From NCBI RefSeq assembly GCF_004010195.1, contig NC_057758.1, positions 2,578,205-2,642,154 on the forward strand: a stretch of 63,950 nt of DNA, read 5' to 3'. Made by a program: the position numbers and the translations under genes. Position 1 is the first letter of the stretch, and every line of letters begins with the position of its first letter. The stretch comes from Chiloscyllium plagiosum (Eukaryota). Positions 11,800-24,123 of the stretch are shown here, in pieces. The notes under the pieces were generated by a model. It was not told where the DNA came from. It searched no databases and was given only the letters and a program-made list of their open reading frames with translations.

Positions 11800-12670
11800 A
11801 AGACTGGCGCAGGAGAAGAAGTTCTAGCTGGCGCTAATCTGCTGCACTTCCTGTTCTTCTTTTCCTGTACTGTTTCTCTTTTCCTTTCGTGTCATGATTT
11901 TTTGTCCTTTGCATTTTCCATCTCCTTCTTCTCGTTTATACCCTTTGATTTCTGGCTTCCTACAACCAATCTGCCCCCTGGCAAACTCTAGTGAGGTGCT
12001 ACAGTCCTTGGCCGCTCATGAGCCATGGTCCACCGCTTCCATCCTGCGATGATCCCTGGCTGCCAATGGCGAACCCACGCCTCTGACGGCGATTCCCAAC
12101 CTTCAGTGACGACTCCCAACCTGGCACAACGATCTCTGAAATCATGCTCTGAGGCTGGTGCAGTGCCCTTCTGTCATTACGTGGCACCCTTCGCACCTCC
12201 CGCAGTGACAATCTGGTGTGGCATAGCAAGCCCCCGGAGTCCAGAAGTGGCCTTCTCCTGTCATGACCACCAGGTGTGGCAATCTCGCAGTGACCATTAG
12301 CAACCTTCTGGCAAGACCCAACAGTCTCCTGCAGCGGCCTCCCAATGTGGCGTGAGGCCCTTCCGACTTCCTGCAATATCTCCCTTGCATGGCATGTCAC
12401 TGGTGCAGTGTGAAGCTAGGGGCCAGTCGTGACTAGAAGCTGAGTACCATCACTTTAGTGGTGAATGCACTGAACTGAACTATTTTCTCTAATGACGCAT
12501 AATTTATTTCCGTGTTGTTTTAATCTGGTAACAAAAGAAGTATTTAGGCATTTTTGTATGAAAGTCGGCACTGTAAGTGGCGACACATACACTTTTCATT
12601 ATATTCATTGTGTCTCAGTGACAATAAAGTCTGTTATGTTCCATTCTACTCTGTTTTATTCTATTCCAAT
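11800..12670 (+). mobile_element. Unclassified non-coding retroposon-like repeat; paralogous copy at about 24555-25380
   Basis: GC-richer body with no convincing ORF. It ends in GTGACAATAAA followed by a degenerate (TTCTA)n tail, as retroposed elements do. Confidence 0.5.
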
Positions 12671-12924
12671 TTTGTAACGTGAGAGACTCACAAGAATTGA
12701 TGTTTTCTCCCAAAAATTGAATGTTCGGGCAGTGACGTAAGGAGGTCAGCAGAGACTGGAATGATATCTCTTTAAACTGCACAGCAAGCGTGAAAAAGAG
12801 CGAGAGGTAGAGAAAGACAGAGATTCAGATCCTATCAATTCATTCATTCAAAGTGAGTCCCTGTGCAGGCGGAGCTAATCAAACAGAAACAGAGGCACAG
12901 AAGCATGTACAAAAACCGAGACAC

Positions 12925-13552
12925 GTGCAAGGTTTGTGAAGGTTTGTAGCTCAGGTTGAGCTTTAGGGTGTAGGTTTGCTCGCTGAGCTGTTGGTTTGAT
13001 ATCCAGACGTTTCGTTACCTGGCTCAGTAAGATCCTCAGTGGCGACCTCCAAGTGAAGCGAAGGTCCCCTGCTTTCTATTTATATCTTTCTCCTGGATGG
13101 GTTCCTGGGGTTTGTGGTGATGTCATTTCCTGTTCGTTTTCTGAGGGGTTGATAGATGGCATCTAGATCTATGTGTTTGTTTATGGCGTTGTGGTTGGAG
13201 TGCCAGGCCTCTAGGAATTCTCTGGCCTTGCTTAGCCTGTCCCAGAATAACTGTGTTGTCCAAGTCGAAATGGTGACTTTATTTTCATCCGTGTGTAGGG
13301 CTACGAGGGAGGGAGGGTAGTGTATTTTTGTGGCTAGCTGGTGTTCGTGTATCCTGGTGGCTAACTTTCTGCTTGTTGTGGCAGTCCTTGCATGGAATTT
13401 TGTAGATGACGTTGATTTTGTCCATGGGATGTACTGGGTCTTTTAAGTTTCTAGTTTTTGTATGAGAGTGTTGGTGGGTTTATGTGCTATTAGGATTCCG
13501 AAGTGCCTTAGTAGTCTGGCTGTCATTTCTCAAACTTCGTTGATGTATGGTA
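12925..13552 (-). mobile_element. Penelope-like (Poseidon-type) 3' fragment with a GIY-YIG remnant and a hammerhead motif
   Basis: Reverse strand reads LPYINEV*EMTARLLRHFGILIAHKPTNTL...LKDPVHPMDKINVIYKIPCKDC...EFLEAWHS...INKHIDLDAIYQPL. Confidence 0.85.
13003..13042 (-). ncRNA. Minimal hammerhead ribozyme motif, probably impaired
   Basis: Minus strand CCA-CUGAGGA-U-CUUAC-loop-GUAAC-GAAA-CGUC-UGG. Stem I is CCA/UGG. The first stem II pair is a C-C mismatch. Confidence 0.6.
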
Positions 13553-14871
13553 AAACAATCTGAGGATGCGAGATATGTGTTTAGTCAAATGATCAGACTC
13601 ATACAAAGATGACGATTCTTTCTGCAAAACAACACACTGACCCAGCAAGCAGTGAATGTACTCTTTTATGCAGTTCGCATTACCTGTTTCTAAACTTAAG
13701 CACAGAACAACAACGGAGACAGACTGTCATCTATATGTCCTATACGATGATTTGTTCATATATTTTCAAAATTCCATTATTTTACTGCACTTCCTAGAAA
13801 TCATTGAACATTCATTTCAATTTCGGTGTTCTGGAAACGCATTCTCTTTAAACGTTTTAATATTATGGTACCTATGGGAACAGAGACACCAAGAAATTGA
13901 GACCATTGATCAAACAATGCATAGGCTCATTCCCAGGGCATGACAGGGCATTCTATGGTTGGATCAGGACAGATTTCTGATCATTCCCAGGAGACAGCCA
14001 GTAGTTGCTATGCAACTTGTACGAATTCCGTGTTATGACTGCCGTGTCAAAAATGATTCTCAGGAATACACCAGTTCAACTGCATTTCTGGTCGCTGGTT
14101 CGCGATTTTGAAATATGATTTTTGTGGTCTGCAATGAATTCACAGTCAGTAGTTAAATTCAGATTTGTAAGTTGTGTGTGAGAGTAAACCGAGCGCACAA
14201 GTTTCAGATAAGTGTGTACAACTTTTGTCTGACGTTTTATTTCTTGGTTAACACAGGATTAGCACGTAAGCTGTTTCGGAGATTGAAATACAGACCGTGG
14301 GATCTGAAATTGCCCACATTTGCAGGATGAAGTTCTCCTCTGCTGTCGCAATTTTGTGCACTTCTAACCAAATGCAGCACCTACATTGAACTCTCAGTAA
14401 ATGGCAAGAGGGAAATAAATTTGTTTTAAAATGGACCAAAAGTTCAGGATAAATCAATGCATTCTCAAGCATCTACCTATTCAGTTGCTGGTGTGCATTG
14501 TTGCCGGCAACGAATTACAGGTGAGGTAGCGTAACATGTTGACTTGATATAAACCATTTATTTGTTCATGCATGACTGCATAGATCTAGCCTTAATCATA
14601 GACTAAAATGCAGTACATACTTTATCGTCTGAGGTGACTTTACTTCACGACTTGGTCATCTGACTTATAATCTATTTGGTCAATTAAGTTACACATCATA
14701 AATCAACCTCAAGAATGGCACAACTGACCTGTATTTGCATCGCATCTCAGAAACTTTTCATCGCAATCTGCACGCTGTAAGAAAGTCATTTCACCTGGAA
14801 AAAACATACTAAGTCTCTGCCTCTTTTAACCAATCTTGGGTAATATGTTGGGAAAAGATTTTATAAAAATA

Positions 14872-15175
14872 AATAGATGGTTCAATGGTTCGTTCCAAAA
14901 CCACACAGCCACGGGGCGCAGATTCGAATCCACCATCAGGTCGCTGCCGGTTGGAAGTTTGCATATTCTCCCTGTCTCTGTTCTGGTTTTCGCCTGGAGA
15001 ACAAAGATGTGCGGGGCAAAGTGGATTGACCATGGCAAGTCCGTCTCCATTGTCTAGGGATGTGAAGGCCTTTGGATTAGCCATGAGAAACACGACCAAA
15101 GGGTGACGAGGTGTGTTGTCTTGGGTTGGCTAGTGCAATCACGAAAGCTGAATGGCCATTGTCAGCACTTTTATA
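14872..15175 (+). mobile_element. Old degraded HE1-like SINE that predates the duplication; paralogue at about 25648-25925
   Basis: A-box-like TGGTTCAATGG, B-box-like GATTCGAATCC, and a V-domain-like TTTGCATATTCTCCCTGTCTCTG...CAAAGATGTGCGGG. Confidence 0.65.
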
Positions 15176-16769
15176 TTTTAAGTCCTCAATATGCACACAC
15201 ATCTTTCTGTTAACCCTTGTGCAGACAGTTCTCTCCTATGGACTTCTAATATACTGGTGTCACAATGCATCACTTCTCCCAACCCACGTAGGGATTAGCT
15301 GTTGCAGGACTGGGTGAACGATAGGGGGACATTTGGATCATTTTGCTTGATTCACACTTCGCTCGATTTCCTGCTTAAATTTGTACGTTTCCTATGAAAT
15401 CTCTAACGGACGTGTTAATGAAACTGGGAGTGAGGCCTGATGTTCGATAAAGACTTTTAATTTGGAAGAAACCAGCTCTCTTCGAAAAACAGTTCTTAAA
15501 CATTACGTACTGCAAAGAAGAGGGTCGCATTTAGAATTTAGAATGTAAACCTGAGTAATTTTCTATTTATATGGCCTCAGAACCTCAGGGAACATTGACG
15601 ATAGTAGGTATCAACTTCCAGCTCCTGAGCAACAATAAGAAAATCAGGGATGGTCACTCATTGGTTTATTTCTCAGTCCAACTAGATACCCACTACCTGC
15701 TTTAAATTTATACGAAATTTGCGCGTGATTAAAACCCATATCGATGGCTATATTCCTTATGGGAAACCCTATTAACTAATCAGATGCACACAGTCCGGTA
15801 TATGTTTCGATAACGCCTGGCAGGTAACTATCAATCTGTATAACGACATTTCGAAAGAATCGCTCTGACCTTTCTGATTCAAAGTGTGCCGTTTAAGTGT
15901 CACAAAACCTGACAGTTAACTGTCAATTTACATCAAAAGGAGCATTTCCCATTGGAACGTCCTGCCTCACTAGAAGCATAATGCTCACTTGAAATGTACT
16001 CAAAGTTGGTAGTTAACTGGCAATCTGCAGCACGAGATTCATTATTGACAGGAAAGCCCGACCAATCAGATGCACACTGCAGGTTTAAATGTATCCAGGT
16101 ATGACCATTAACTCTCAACTTGCAACAATGTATCCATTGTCAACAAGAATACTACGACTAATCACTTCAAATTATTCACTGCTTTCCTGTCATGGCGGAT
16201 GAATAGTGTTTTGCAAGTTCAGTTTTCATTCTCACAAAATGTCCTGATGAATGTTTGTCTTTTACATTTTCTTTCAGCAAGAAACCTGATTCGGATGGAA
16301 AACACGCTATTAAACAGGAAATCTTGCAAAAGCCAAGATAAAATGAAGAGTTAAGAAAATACGTGGAGCAAATGTAAAATGTTGCTTATCTAATGTCTAA
16401 TACCTCAGTCCATGTTGATGCGAACATTAACGGGTCTTACAGCTTCCTATAGTCTAAAATGTGGCCAAAATGTGCTATTCTTCCTCTCTCTCATCAATCT
16501 GCCTTGTTAACGCTATCATGTATCTGATCAATGTAAGGCCTCTTGGTGTTTTCAAATTATCCAAACATTCATTGAGATCGTGGGTGACCAGGTATTCCTC
16601 AAATCCACATTACTGCCTTTTTTCCATAACACTCGTTTCGCTTCCTGGTTTAATAATCTCTCTATCGCAGTCTTGAATATAATTAAGGAAGGAATCTGGA
16701 CAGTCCCCGTGCTAAATAATTGCACAGAATCGCTAACCTTTAAAGAAAAAAATCCTCTTCATCTCCGCC

Positions 16770-19700
16770 TTCAGTTGATTCTCACTATCAACCACAACAT
16801 CAAATTTTAAGTCATCTGCCAATTTAGTAGTAATACCTTTTACATTCTTGTGCAAGTGTTGAACCTGGAATTCAGATCCTAGAATTATGGGACCCTATTG
16901 CTTAAAAATAAAGAAGTACCTATTTAAAACTGAGATTAGGACATTTGGTTTTACTTTACTCAGAGTATAGTGAGTCATTGGAACTGCCTCCCTCAAAAGG
17001 CAGTCTATGCAGACATTTTTTGTGACGGTAGATGTTGATAGTTTCCTGATTACTGAGGGAATAAAAGATAATCAGAGGCTAGGCACGAATGCAGCGTTAA
17101 CAATAAAATTGAAACAACAATATTCTTATTGAGTGTGGGTGAATGCGGAGGAGTGGACTCGAAAGGGTAAGTAGCCGACTCTCATTCGCTGTTCACGTGT
17201 TCAGATGAATTCGCGGAGAATGCCTGGCGGCTTCTCTGACCAATACTTAGCGTTAGCAACGGGGAGAGACTTTACGTGTGTTCTGCCAACTCACTCGTTT
17301 GTTCACCTCCTGATGCAAGCCATGCCTGGTCACATTTCACTTCCTGTTTGAACAATGTGTATTGTAATGCGACAGGACCAGTCCAGTTGTCCATCCAGCA
17401 AGCAGCGTCTGTTTTATCTCCTGCTGCATCCCGGTGTCACTCTCGATTTCCTTTCAGATGTGAACGTGAAGCAACAGAGATTTCCAATGTGTCACCTGAA
17501 ATGCCCTCCGAATGGAACAGCATAGCGCCTCCTCCATAACCTCCCTGCCCAAAACCCACTGCCCACCATTCCCACCCAGCAACGCCATGAGGGTGAAGAA
17601 TTAAACAAAGACTTTGGCTGCACGGTGCAGTTTGAGTTGTTCGAACACAGAATCATTGAGTTCGAGATTATTGTAGAGTCTACAGCTTGAAATAATACTG
17701 GAAATCTTAACTAGATTCACATTTTTCCAAACGCTGGCGCACAGCTTTCAATGTTAGCACATTACAAGTTCAATGGTTTTTTAAAGTTTGTCAGATTTCC
17801 CACCTCAGCTAACAACACAGACAACTTATTCTGAATGCCCATCACGTTATGTTGGTAAATGTTTCTCAACAACTCCCCTTTGAAAATTCCGCCTGTCAAT
17901 TCAAAATTGTACTTCCTTACTATTAACCTTTCGTCTGGTGTAGCAGATGTTTTCTGTTCACTCTGTCCGTGCCTCTCATAATATTCACACCTCATGAGGT
18001 TTCCACGCTACATCCACTGCTCCAATGAAAACGATTGAAGCATATCCAGTCCCTCTACATAAAAATAAATGTTCCATGGAACACAGAAAGGTACGGCACA
18101 GGAGGACTCCCGTCTGTTAATCAAATACCAACTGAACATGATGCCGTTCTGCACTAATCCGATCTGTTTGCAAATGGTCTGTTTCGCTGTATTCTATGCC
18201 TGTGTATAAATGTCTCTCATCTTTGCTGTAAGTTATCATCTCCACCACCTCCACTGGCAGTGTATTCCAGTCATCGACTACTCCATCTGTGTTAAAAGAT
18301 TTCCTTGCCCATTTCTTTAGATCGTCCCTCCCTCCTCACCTTACAGCAAGCACATTAGTCTTTGATATTTCAATCAGAGAGAAAAGAAAGTCACTAGATA
18401 TCCGAGACACGCCTCCATTAATTGCATATACACCGCTCATATCGTCCCTCAGCCTCCAAAACTCTAGCAAAAACAACCTAAGATTGTGCCATCTCTCATT
18501 ATAGCCTGAAATCTAGGTGACACCCTGTTAAATCTCTTTGCACCCTCTTCAAAACCTTCCAACCTGAACATTGCACTCTCCTCCACTTTAGCGTACAGCA
18601 CAGCACAGCAACTGAGGTTCTGCAAGTAAAAGGATATCAATATATGTTGTCTATTTACTCTCTGTCGCTTCTGTTAAGATACTGAACTCAATGGGAAATG
18701 AGACATGGACAATCAATGCTTCTCAGTATCACCCAGTTTTATTCATAAAACAGAGGGTCATATCTAATTGAATTAACAGAATCAAATGGAGCCTAAACTG
18801 CTGAGATGACAGATGACAAATCTCTCTACTCGTAAACTCAGATGCTTTCCAACATTGATCTTATGTCTTCAGGGAGAGGTACGCAACGCCATCGGAAAGG
18901 TGGGCCTTTCACATTGAACAACTTTGCCTTTATTTTCTCACATAGTTGAATACTGCAGAACCATCCATCCTCATCACAAAAAACGATTGGAACTAAAAGA
19001 CAGAATAAAAAAAGACAAAATGCAAATTGATTTTTCCAATCCGGCACAATATGCATTCGATTACAGAAGGATATAAGTGTTTTAGTCAGATGTGCATGTC
19101 AGCGGCAGCTAAAATTTAACTCTTAACTGTAAGGTGATGCACTTTGGAAGAAGGAGCAAGACAAGGCAGCACTCAATGAAAGGCGGGTCACAAGGAAGCT
19201 TCGGGGGATAAAAGGGATCTTAGGGTGCTTGTCCACAGGTCCCTGAAGGTGGTCGGAGAGAATAAAAGTAGAGTGAAGAAGGCAGAGGAGCAATTTGGCT
19301 TAATCAGATGTGTGATCGCGTACAAGTGCAAAGAGGTTACCTTGACACTCTTCAGGACTTTGGTTAGACACCGTGTGGAGTACTGTACAAAGTTCTGCTC
19401 TCCACAGAAAGGCTGCAATTGACTATAGAGGATGCAGCCAGGGCACAGGAGATTTGAGGAAAAACTGGTTCACCCAGAAGGAGACGGGCTCCTGAAATGC
19501 ACTGTCCGATAGGATACTTGAGGCAAGAAATCTCTAAACTATTTTTACAAAGAGAGCGGTGGGTGCGTGGAAAGCAATTTCAATAGCGTTAAATGCATCA
19601 GAGACATTTAAGTGACAGATTGGACAGACACATATAAGATAGTGCAATGAAGGCTATGTATGGTAGTGTGATCTGAGAGGAGGAGTAAAGGCTGGCAAAA

Positions 19701-22330
19701 CAATGACGGCGGAAGGACCTGTACTGTGCTGTACTGTTCTATTGTCTCAGATTTGGATAAGCACATGAAGAATCTTAACATTCAGGCTGTATACCAGGTT
19801 TCTATTAGTGCCTTGCTGTCGACCACAAGTAGCATTTCATGGTGTAGTCTTGATGGGGTGAAGCATCTCTCAGACGCTCTGATACTATGATTAAATGGTC
19901 GATCATACACAAACAAGAGCCTGCAGTCAAAGTTTATGCTTCACTATCCTCGGTCGAAAGAAATTTCGTCATATTTCTGTGTTTAATTGGTGGCAACTTT
20001 GCCTGGGATTATGCCGTCTGTTCTGAAATCTCCAGCAAGGAGGGCCAAGCTAGCTTCACTTACGTTGCCAAATCCACTAAGAATACAAAATGTTTCAATC
20101 AGCTCGCTTCTCATTCCTCTCCACTCCATTCAGCACAGGCCAACCTACTCAACCTCTCGTCACAAGACAATCCCTCCACACATTAGATCAGCTGAGTGAA
20201 CTCTCAATGGATTGCATCCAATTCCACTTTGTATTTCCTTCAGTAAGGGAAGTGAATCTGTTCACAGTATTCCAGCTGTGTTCTGACTCGAGCCTTATAA
20301 AGTTTTCGCTAAACTCCCTGACTTTTACGCTCCAATTCTTTTGAATTCAGAGGTGAGCAACGCCATATTACAAACATGGTGGGGCTGTTTTCGAATCATT
20401 CTATTCAGAGATGTTATTACGCATCTCTAGGTCAAGTAGGACCCGAATAAAGTTCTTCCCAGCTCAGAGTTAGGAACGCTATGACTTTACCTCAAGACCT
20501 CGCTGTTACCGAGGTGCAGTACATTGATTGGCCGCCTGAGGGGACAGAGAACAGCTCCTTAGGCAAAAACGTTTGCAATGCAAAAGAATGCAAACGCATA
20601 AATTTTAGACAGAATAGGAATTCCAATCAGTAGCTTTCAGAATGGAATAATTTTTCTCTTTCAGAATTATGGAAACAGAACGGGCTAGTGGAAGGAACAC
20701 ACATGATCAACACGAGCAACAAAAGAAAACTTAAAGAGCACAGTGGCCACTGTTCCAAACCGAAATTCCCCAATTTGCCGACGGGGAGGTGAACACATCT
20801 CTGCAGGCAATATTAACAAACAAATGTACCAGTTGTGGTGGCTTCTCTTAACATTAGAGCTCTTAGCAGCAAAACCAGTGCTGTCCTCATCACTGTGTGA
20901 TTCTGCGAGAGAAAATGATTAGATTGGAACATAGATCCGCTTATGAGCTCAGAGATTACCGTGCTAATATTAATTATTTACACAATAATGACTGACTGCA
21001 ATTAGGGTTCTGTTAAAATGTGGAGGAGAAAGTGAGGTCTGCAGATGCTGGGGATCAGAGTTGAAAATGTGTTGCTGGAACAGCGCAGCAGGTCAGGTAG
21101 CATCCAGGGAACAGGAGAATCGACGTTTCGGGTATAAGCCCTTCTTCTTTCCTGCTGCGCTGTTCCAGCAACACATTTTCAGTTCTGTTAAAATGTGGAT
21201 TACTAACTGAGACTGACGACAATTGGGATCTAAGGCTAAATGTATCATAAACTGAACAGAGTTACTCACCTGAAAATTGATGGAACTGACAGAGATCAAA
21301 GTTAATTCTTCATGGGCAGAGGCGGCGGCTATTCAACACGTCGAGCCTACTCAGCCACTCAGTAAGGTCATAGATGGTCTGTGGTTAACTGCATGTGCCT
21401 GCCTTGTGCCCATATCCTTGATACCCTTGCTAAACTTTATAATATAAATGTCTCATATTTAATTTTTTTAACAAATGAATTAGCATCGAGAGCCTTTAGT
21501 TGTGCTTTCTGTCATCTCTCCTGAATGAAAGGCGTTGATTCTTAGATGATGATGTGGCCGTCACTGGCTGAGACCAACACTTATTACAGGTGCCGAGTTG
21601 CCCTTCAGACGTTTGTGAAGAATTGCCTACTTGAACAGTTGTAGTTCCTGTGCTGTAAGTATATTTATAACGTAGTTTAGAGGGAATTAAAGGATTTAGT
21701 CCCAGCTCATTTTGACCTCAACTTCACCCTGTGGAAATGATTTATTTTTATGAACCTTGTATTTCCATGTTAATATTCTGAAGACTACAATTATATCACC
21801 CGTTTACCTTCTAAATTCGAGAGAATAATAATCAATTTTGACTAATCTCTCCTCTGAATGTAAATGCCAAATTTCAAGTATCACACTTGTAAACCAGCAG
21901 TGAAATCCGTCTCGGACCGAAACCTCCTTCCTAACGTCTGCTCCTGAGGTCTCCCCATATTACATTCAGAGAGCTTTGAATTTGCATCCAAGATCCATTT
22001 CTGCACTCTCTTCTCATGGTTTTATTAATGCAATGGTTTTCGCCCAACCATCCTTACTGGCCGTGATTTCAAGATTGCCACCACCTACTTGGAAAGAAGA
22101 AAAATTACCTTTACCCTCTTATTCTTGTACCCTTTTTCTACAAATGTATATCCCAGGTCATTGATCATGCTCTCAAACAAAACAGTTTCTTCCTCTCTTC
22201 CCTGTCAATTATTCTCATCATTGATAAAATTTAACATGTCCATTATCAATATGATTTCTTCTGGTCAAAGCAAATTCAGTTTACCCAAACTCTGTTCATA
22301 CCGGATTCTCTTCAATTCAGGCTTGAGGCC
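16770..22330. mobile_element. Mosaic of old CR1/LINE fragments in both orientations, duplicated in copy B (27480-28460 and 30720-35130)
   Basis: Examples: 19080-19745 on + reads MHFGRRSK...LVHRSLKV...LFRTLVRHRVEYC with a GTACTGTTCTAT tail. There are minus-strand 3' fragments at 17760-18570, 20070-20350 and 21320-22330. Confidence 0.7.
21025..21181 (-). mobile_element. Penelope-derived mini-element with an inverted segment and an 18-bp target-site duplication, copy A only
   Basis: GTTCTGTTAAAATGTGGA occurs at 21007-21024 and 21182-21199. There is a perfect 31-bp inverted repeat at 21062-21092/21151-21181. Copy B has a single empty site at about 33947. Confidence 0.88.
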
Positions 22331-22574
22331 TGTCAATATCCTCTGTCCGCCCCACGCAACATCACCCCACTCACGTTGCCTCACCGTTCCATCATAGCCC
22401 TCCAGAACTACTCCCTGTAGTCTACCTGTCGCCGAAGCAATGCTTCATACTTTTCCATCAGAATGGTTCTCAGCGACTCCATGATCATTCAGATATTTAG
22501 TCAAACTCTGAAGCCTGGAGAAGAATCCTGAAGAGCTACGTGGGAGGTCTGCAAAATACTATCCTGGAGACCTG

Positions 22575-22720
22575 ATTAGATTAGATTAGAATTACTTACA
22601 GTGTGGAAACAGGCCCTTCGGCCCAACAAGTCCACACCGACCCGCCGAACCGTAACCCTCCCATTCCCGTACATTTACCCCTTTACCTAACACTACAGGT
22701 AATTTAGCATTGCCAATTCA
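22575..22720 (-). mobile_element. 5'-truncated HE1 SINE at the end of duplication copy A
   Basis: ATTAGATTAGATTAG...TTACAGTGTGGAAACAGGCCCTTCGGCCCAACAAGTCC...GCCAATTCA is the reverse of the SINE 3' half. Confidence 0.9.
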
Positions 22721-24123
22721 CAGGACAAACCAACCTTTACGTGCGTGCTGCTATAAAAATCAATCTTAGTTGATTTTTGTCTTCATTCCTTTGTGTTTCA
22801 TAGGAAGAGCATTCAGTCTTTCAGTCTTATTGTGACAAGTGAGGATGAGTGGAAAATGGGACAAGTACTGCTCTTCTTCTTTACTCCCTTGTTGCTGATA
22901 CAGCTCTTCATTTCAAAATGGACAGTGAGTACTCGTTCTGTAGATGGAGCTCCAAACAAATGTATCATGCATTACAGGTGCTTCCAAGAACGGACACTGG
23001 GATGAAGTTTGTTATAAATATCTCAGCATGGTATTTCAATGAATTAAACTGATGGTAATTTGACAAATGAAATTTGGGCATGAACCTTGTTCCTCATGGA
23101 TAGAACGAAGTACAGGATTATATTCGGTGTCAACTCATTCTTTCTTACTTTCCTCATGTGTCTCAGATTCGATGGTAACTGGCGACTAACGACTGGTGAC
23201 TGGTAGTTGGGCAGCTCTGCTTCAGAGTGGTAAGTGCACCATGGAGAATTGAGCATTTACATTTCCATGGACAAAATACAACAGGTGCAGAGAGCACTTA
23301 GTCTTGTGATAAAGACGAGCAAAGGAGATCTATGTCAAGCAGTTGCCAGTAAAATCCTAATTCCAGGTAAACGAAAACAAATCACTTCGTGCCATTTCCC
23401 CATCTTGAAGTTCAATGATGTTCCCGTTGATCAATCCTGTCCTATAAACATCCTGTGGAGGTTCATACATCTGCAGCTGAACCTGAATAACAACATCAAT
23501 GCTGGGGCTTCATCAGGAGGTCAGAGACTGTGAATTCCATGGCATTACTGCTTGACTCTGTCGCGGTATCAGTTGGCCATTTGATTAAAACTGCATTGAC
23601 AACATTGATTCACTCTCGCATCTTCAAATAACATCATGTATGATATACATTGCTGCTACTCACAATGGCCTCTCTGGCTGCATTTTCTAAAGCCAATATT
23701 TGTGTAAACGAGCATAACAGAGAGAGCAGATGTGGTGATACCTTGATGCTTACCCCCAATTCAGAACACCTCAAGAGTTATGGCTACATCACTATTCTTT
23801 CGCAGTGATGGGAAAACACTCTTGACGTTGCTTTCTGATAGCATTGCTGCATATGCGTACCACATATGTTTTGCCTCAGTGAGGAAGTTCATCACCACCT
23901 TCAATAGGGGAATTCGTGTGAGCATTACTTGTTACTTTGAGCAAAAAAAATCCCACTTAATACACTTGTTACACATGCTGACACGTTACATGTTGTGACC
24001 TACTCCAGACAAAAGTGGATACTTGACGTAGAAATATGTGCAGAGACATGGAACGTTCAACCAGTGACTGGGGCGTGAGTAGGTTCCTTACCTTGTACAA
24101 TTAGATGAAACAAATGAGGCACT

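Larger units (their letters stand above)
9604..22574. repeat. Segmental duplication, copy A
   Basis: Colinear similarity, roughly 80-88% by eye, with 23115-35381. Anchors: 9660/23170, 15301/26053, 18601/31574 and 22530/35350. Confidence 0.93.
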
